A stretch of 57,418 nucleotides of DNA, counting the filler, from Jimgerdemannia flammicorona (lineage: Eukaryota): assembly GCA_003990765.1 (NCBI GenBank). It is 3 parts of 3 records of this genome, joined end to end, with 100 filler letters (N's around TTAATTAATTAA, not from the genome) between each part and the next. Parts side by side here need not be neighbours in the genome. Positions count along the whole stretch, not along the records: positions 38,347 to 57,418 come from RBNJ01002037.1; 2 more parts are not named here. The stretch is one strand, 5' to 3'. Positions 50,754 to 57,418 of this stretch are shown one piece after another. The position numbers and the translations under genes are program-made. Numbering within the stretch: the stretch's first letter is position 1; each line of letters starts with the position of its first letter. The notes beneath the pieces were generated by a model, which had not been told where the DNA came from, did no database searches, and saw only the letters and a program-made list of their open reading frames with translations.

Positions 50754-51809
50754 CGACGTAGGTACATGTGTAGAGGACACCATAACGGAAATGAGAGTAA
50801 CTGGTGTGTATTTCTTCAAAAAAAGCGACAGGCAGTCAAACCGGATTGCCCGCCATTTTAAAATCGGCGCCACATCCTCCGACCGTCCTACCCGTGCAAC
50901 AAACAGAATAGCCGCGTCTCGGCTGATTTGGGTGAATGTTTACTCTTCGGGCGATCATACGTCATGCACGTCCCCTTGTGTGTCTATATCATCACCATTG
51001 CATCATAATTAGTTATTTTAAACCTACACTATCCACGACATAAAGTTCTTGATATAGGCATACATCTGATATCTGCCAAGATGAAGCCTGACCATTTCCA
51101 GAATGTCATGTCAGGTCCAAAGGTTCGCATTTCTTGTTTCGATAGCCACGAAGGCGAAGGCATTGGTGGACTCGAAGCAAATTCTTAAATAGATGGGCCT
51201 GCCATTATAGAAAGAGGGTGTTACATCAAAACTGGGAAACTAGGACAAACAGACAAAGACGTGGGATGTGACCGCCAATCCCACGTTTACCACAAATCGA
51301 TCTAATCGTTGGAGTAATACATTGCATGAAATGCATAGGTTGTGATGTAATCGTCAACTACGACTATGGATATAATTATAATGCGTGTGAGAGATCACGA
51401 CCAATGTACTTTTGTGCAACGAAGAGTTACAAGTATTACACATGACATTCCAGTAAGATATAGATAGGGGGCTCTAACCGTCATTTTCTTTGAGACTCCG
51501 CTTTTTCTGCGACTGATGCTTCGTGTATGCTGAGAACGCCTCGGTGCGCGCCGGCTAAAGCGGTTGCATGGGTGTGACGAAGGAAACCAGAGGCTAATTG
51601 CGGTGCCAGCCAACGCTGCCTCCGTTATCTTCGAGCCTGATCGACAGGCCCTAGCTAAACCCATTCTACGAAACGGTAACACAGGCAGTTATTCGGCCCA
51701 CTCGCTATCTTGGTTGCCCTTGCCTCTTCCGAGCTCTATAATATATACATACAATCCCATCCCCTTCTTTTCTACACCATAAAAAGCCTTCCTACTCCTC
51801 CACCTCTAT

Positions 51810-53010
51810 TTACATTATGTGCCATACTATATAGTTCGGCAGCCCCCACACGCCATATCCTAATGACTTAGCCATCTTGGCCAACCCTTCCGTCTCAAGC
51901 TGATGCTTGAAAGGGAAAGTCGGAAACACGGCGCCCTCGCGGTGGACCTGGGCGCGTACCAGGGTGCAGGTCCCACCGACGCCGTCGAGCTCGACAGCAT
52001 GGTAGAGTGAGGTTTCGTTTTCGTAGCGCATATCGAGCAAGAGGCGGCGGTGAGTCTGGTGATCGTTGTATCCTTGGTGGGGAAGAAATCAAGAGAAAGA
52101 ATCGTGAGATGAAGAGTGATGAAAAGCCATTATTCAAGGGCGAGGATTTGAGAGAATCGCCGCCAAACCCACAAATAAATAAAATCTTCCTCTCCCTCCC
52201 TCACTCCAAAAGATCCGTTCTCAAACAAGAACGCTCACCCTCAACAAGTACATCATTTACGCCTAGCCGCTTCTGCATCTCCAGGCTCTCGGGAGTCTCC
52301 CGCCAGTTGTTCCTATCATAACCTCCCTCGTCGTCATAGCTGTGCCACCAGCAGTTCGGCACGATTATGTCCTTGCCCATGCCAATCAAATCCTCCAGCA
52401 GCGTCTCGGGGTACTCAATCACGTCGCCATCCAGCCATAGCACCCAGGCGTGTTCGGGCCGCAAGGTTGATGTCAGCAGATAGTTCCTGCTCTTAGACAT
52501 GGTCACACGGCGCTTGATTTGCACCTGAAATGAGTGGCGGTCCTCGTTGGAAAGCTCGAATGCAAAGTCCTTCTGCATGATGCTGACGGAACGGAATCGC
52601 TCCCAGTCGGTCTGCTGGGTTTTCATGAACCAGCGGGCATGGTCCTGCAGGAACTGGACAGTGTTGTCACGCGAGTCGGAGACGAGGAAGCCAAGGGAGA
52701 TGAGGTGATGCGGGTAAGTAAGCTTATTGACATTGATTAAGTAACTTTCGATGTGGTGGGCGGCCTCCTTGAAGGGGGTGAGGATTAGCACGTGTTCATG
52801 GTTGAAGTGACCAGCGGCAGTGCCGTCGACCTTGTTCATGTTGTGGTACTGGAAGACATTGGCGTCTCGGCAGGTTCTGCCTCGATAGGGGCTGAGCCAG
52901 ACAAGAAAGAGGATAGCAAGGAGGGTCAAGAGGACGGTAGCGGCCTTGCAATAGGGAGATGCGATGCGCATTGATGGAGTTGTGTTGATAAGTGCAGCGA
53001 ACGTTGACAT
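51810..53010 (-). CDS. Anp1/Mnn9/Van1-family (GT62) Golgi mannosyltransferase; exons 53010-52239 and 52072-51810
   Basis: N-terminal TM anchor; VLILTPFK, LTYPHHLISLGFLVSDS, SRNYLL, WVLWLDGDV, IIVPNC, YDRNNW, LDGVGG, ETEGLAKMA, GLPNY. Confidence 0.92.
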
Positions 53011-53151
53011 TCATAATAAATTTCGCGTCACATAAACACACCCGTGATTTCCTTGTTTCTATTTTACACTACAAAGTTGGAAAATATAGCCAGTAAAGAT
53101 CAGACTAAAAAAAAACCAAGAGATTGATTCCTGTGTTTACTGCTACCACTC

Positions 53152-57113
<3,962 letters not shown>

Positions 57114-57418
57114 TGGTTGAGATGTTTAGGTTTTTGTTGTTGAGGAGTTGGGTGAGTGGATGGGCACGAGCACGGGAACCAATTGTGTGTTGGGATGAGC
57201 CAAAATCAAGAGCAACAGGTCAGCAAAGTCTTACTGCGATCAAAAGGAAAATGTTTAAGCGACGAGCAGGTTTTGTCGCAGCAGAGAATAACCAAGAAAA
57301 TGTGTGTACAGTGATGTTAGAGGATAGCAGGGAAACAACTTCTCGCTAGCCGTCTAGAAGTCTTTCCGAGGTACTCTCAGAAGCGAGTGAGGGGGAGTGT
57401 TTGTTGACTTTTTGGGAG

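Overview
Eukaryotic fungal DNA with short GT-AG introns. The gene families suggest an early-diverging Mucoromycota-type genome (inference). The window is three separate contigs (1-19073, 19174-38246, 38347-57418; lengths 19073/19073/19072) joined by artificial 100-bp N+TTAATTAATTAA+N linkers, so adjacency across linkers means nothing. Contig 1 is a nest of CpG-depleted retroelements: a decayed Ty3/gypsy element A (gag-PR-X-dUTPase-RT-RH-IN), a younger non-autonomous element B (gag-NC-dUTPase-X-PR-chromodomain remnant, no RT/RH/IN), a third LTR (C), a 1.2-kb poly(A) retroposon and L1/Tx1 fragments. Contig 2 has an LTR carrying a 338-aa ORF, a truncated LINE, TSR1 and other gene fragments, a SAM + PD-(D/E)xK gene and a decayed Sola-like transposase. 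Contig 3 has PP2C (PTC5-like), a TTAA-flanked repeat-rich element with a zinc-finger gene, a Crinkler-type NTPase-nuclease pseudogene, a TMEM198/DUF4203 gene, an Anp1/Mnn9 glycosyltransferase and the PRP4 kinase. Best novelty candidates: (i) a homologous accessory ORF in the U3 of three different long LTR families; (ii) a small conserved GYxPxGxCPH...DC domain travelling with dUTPase in two different polyprotein orders.
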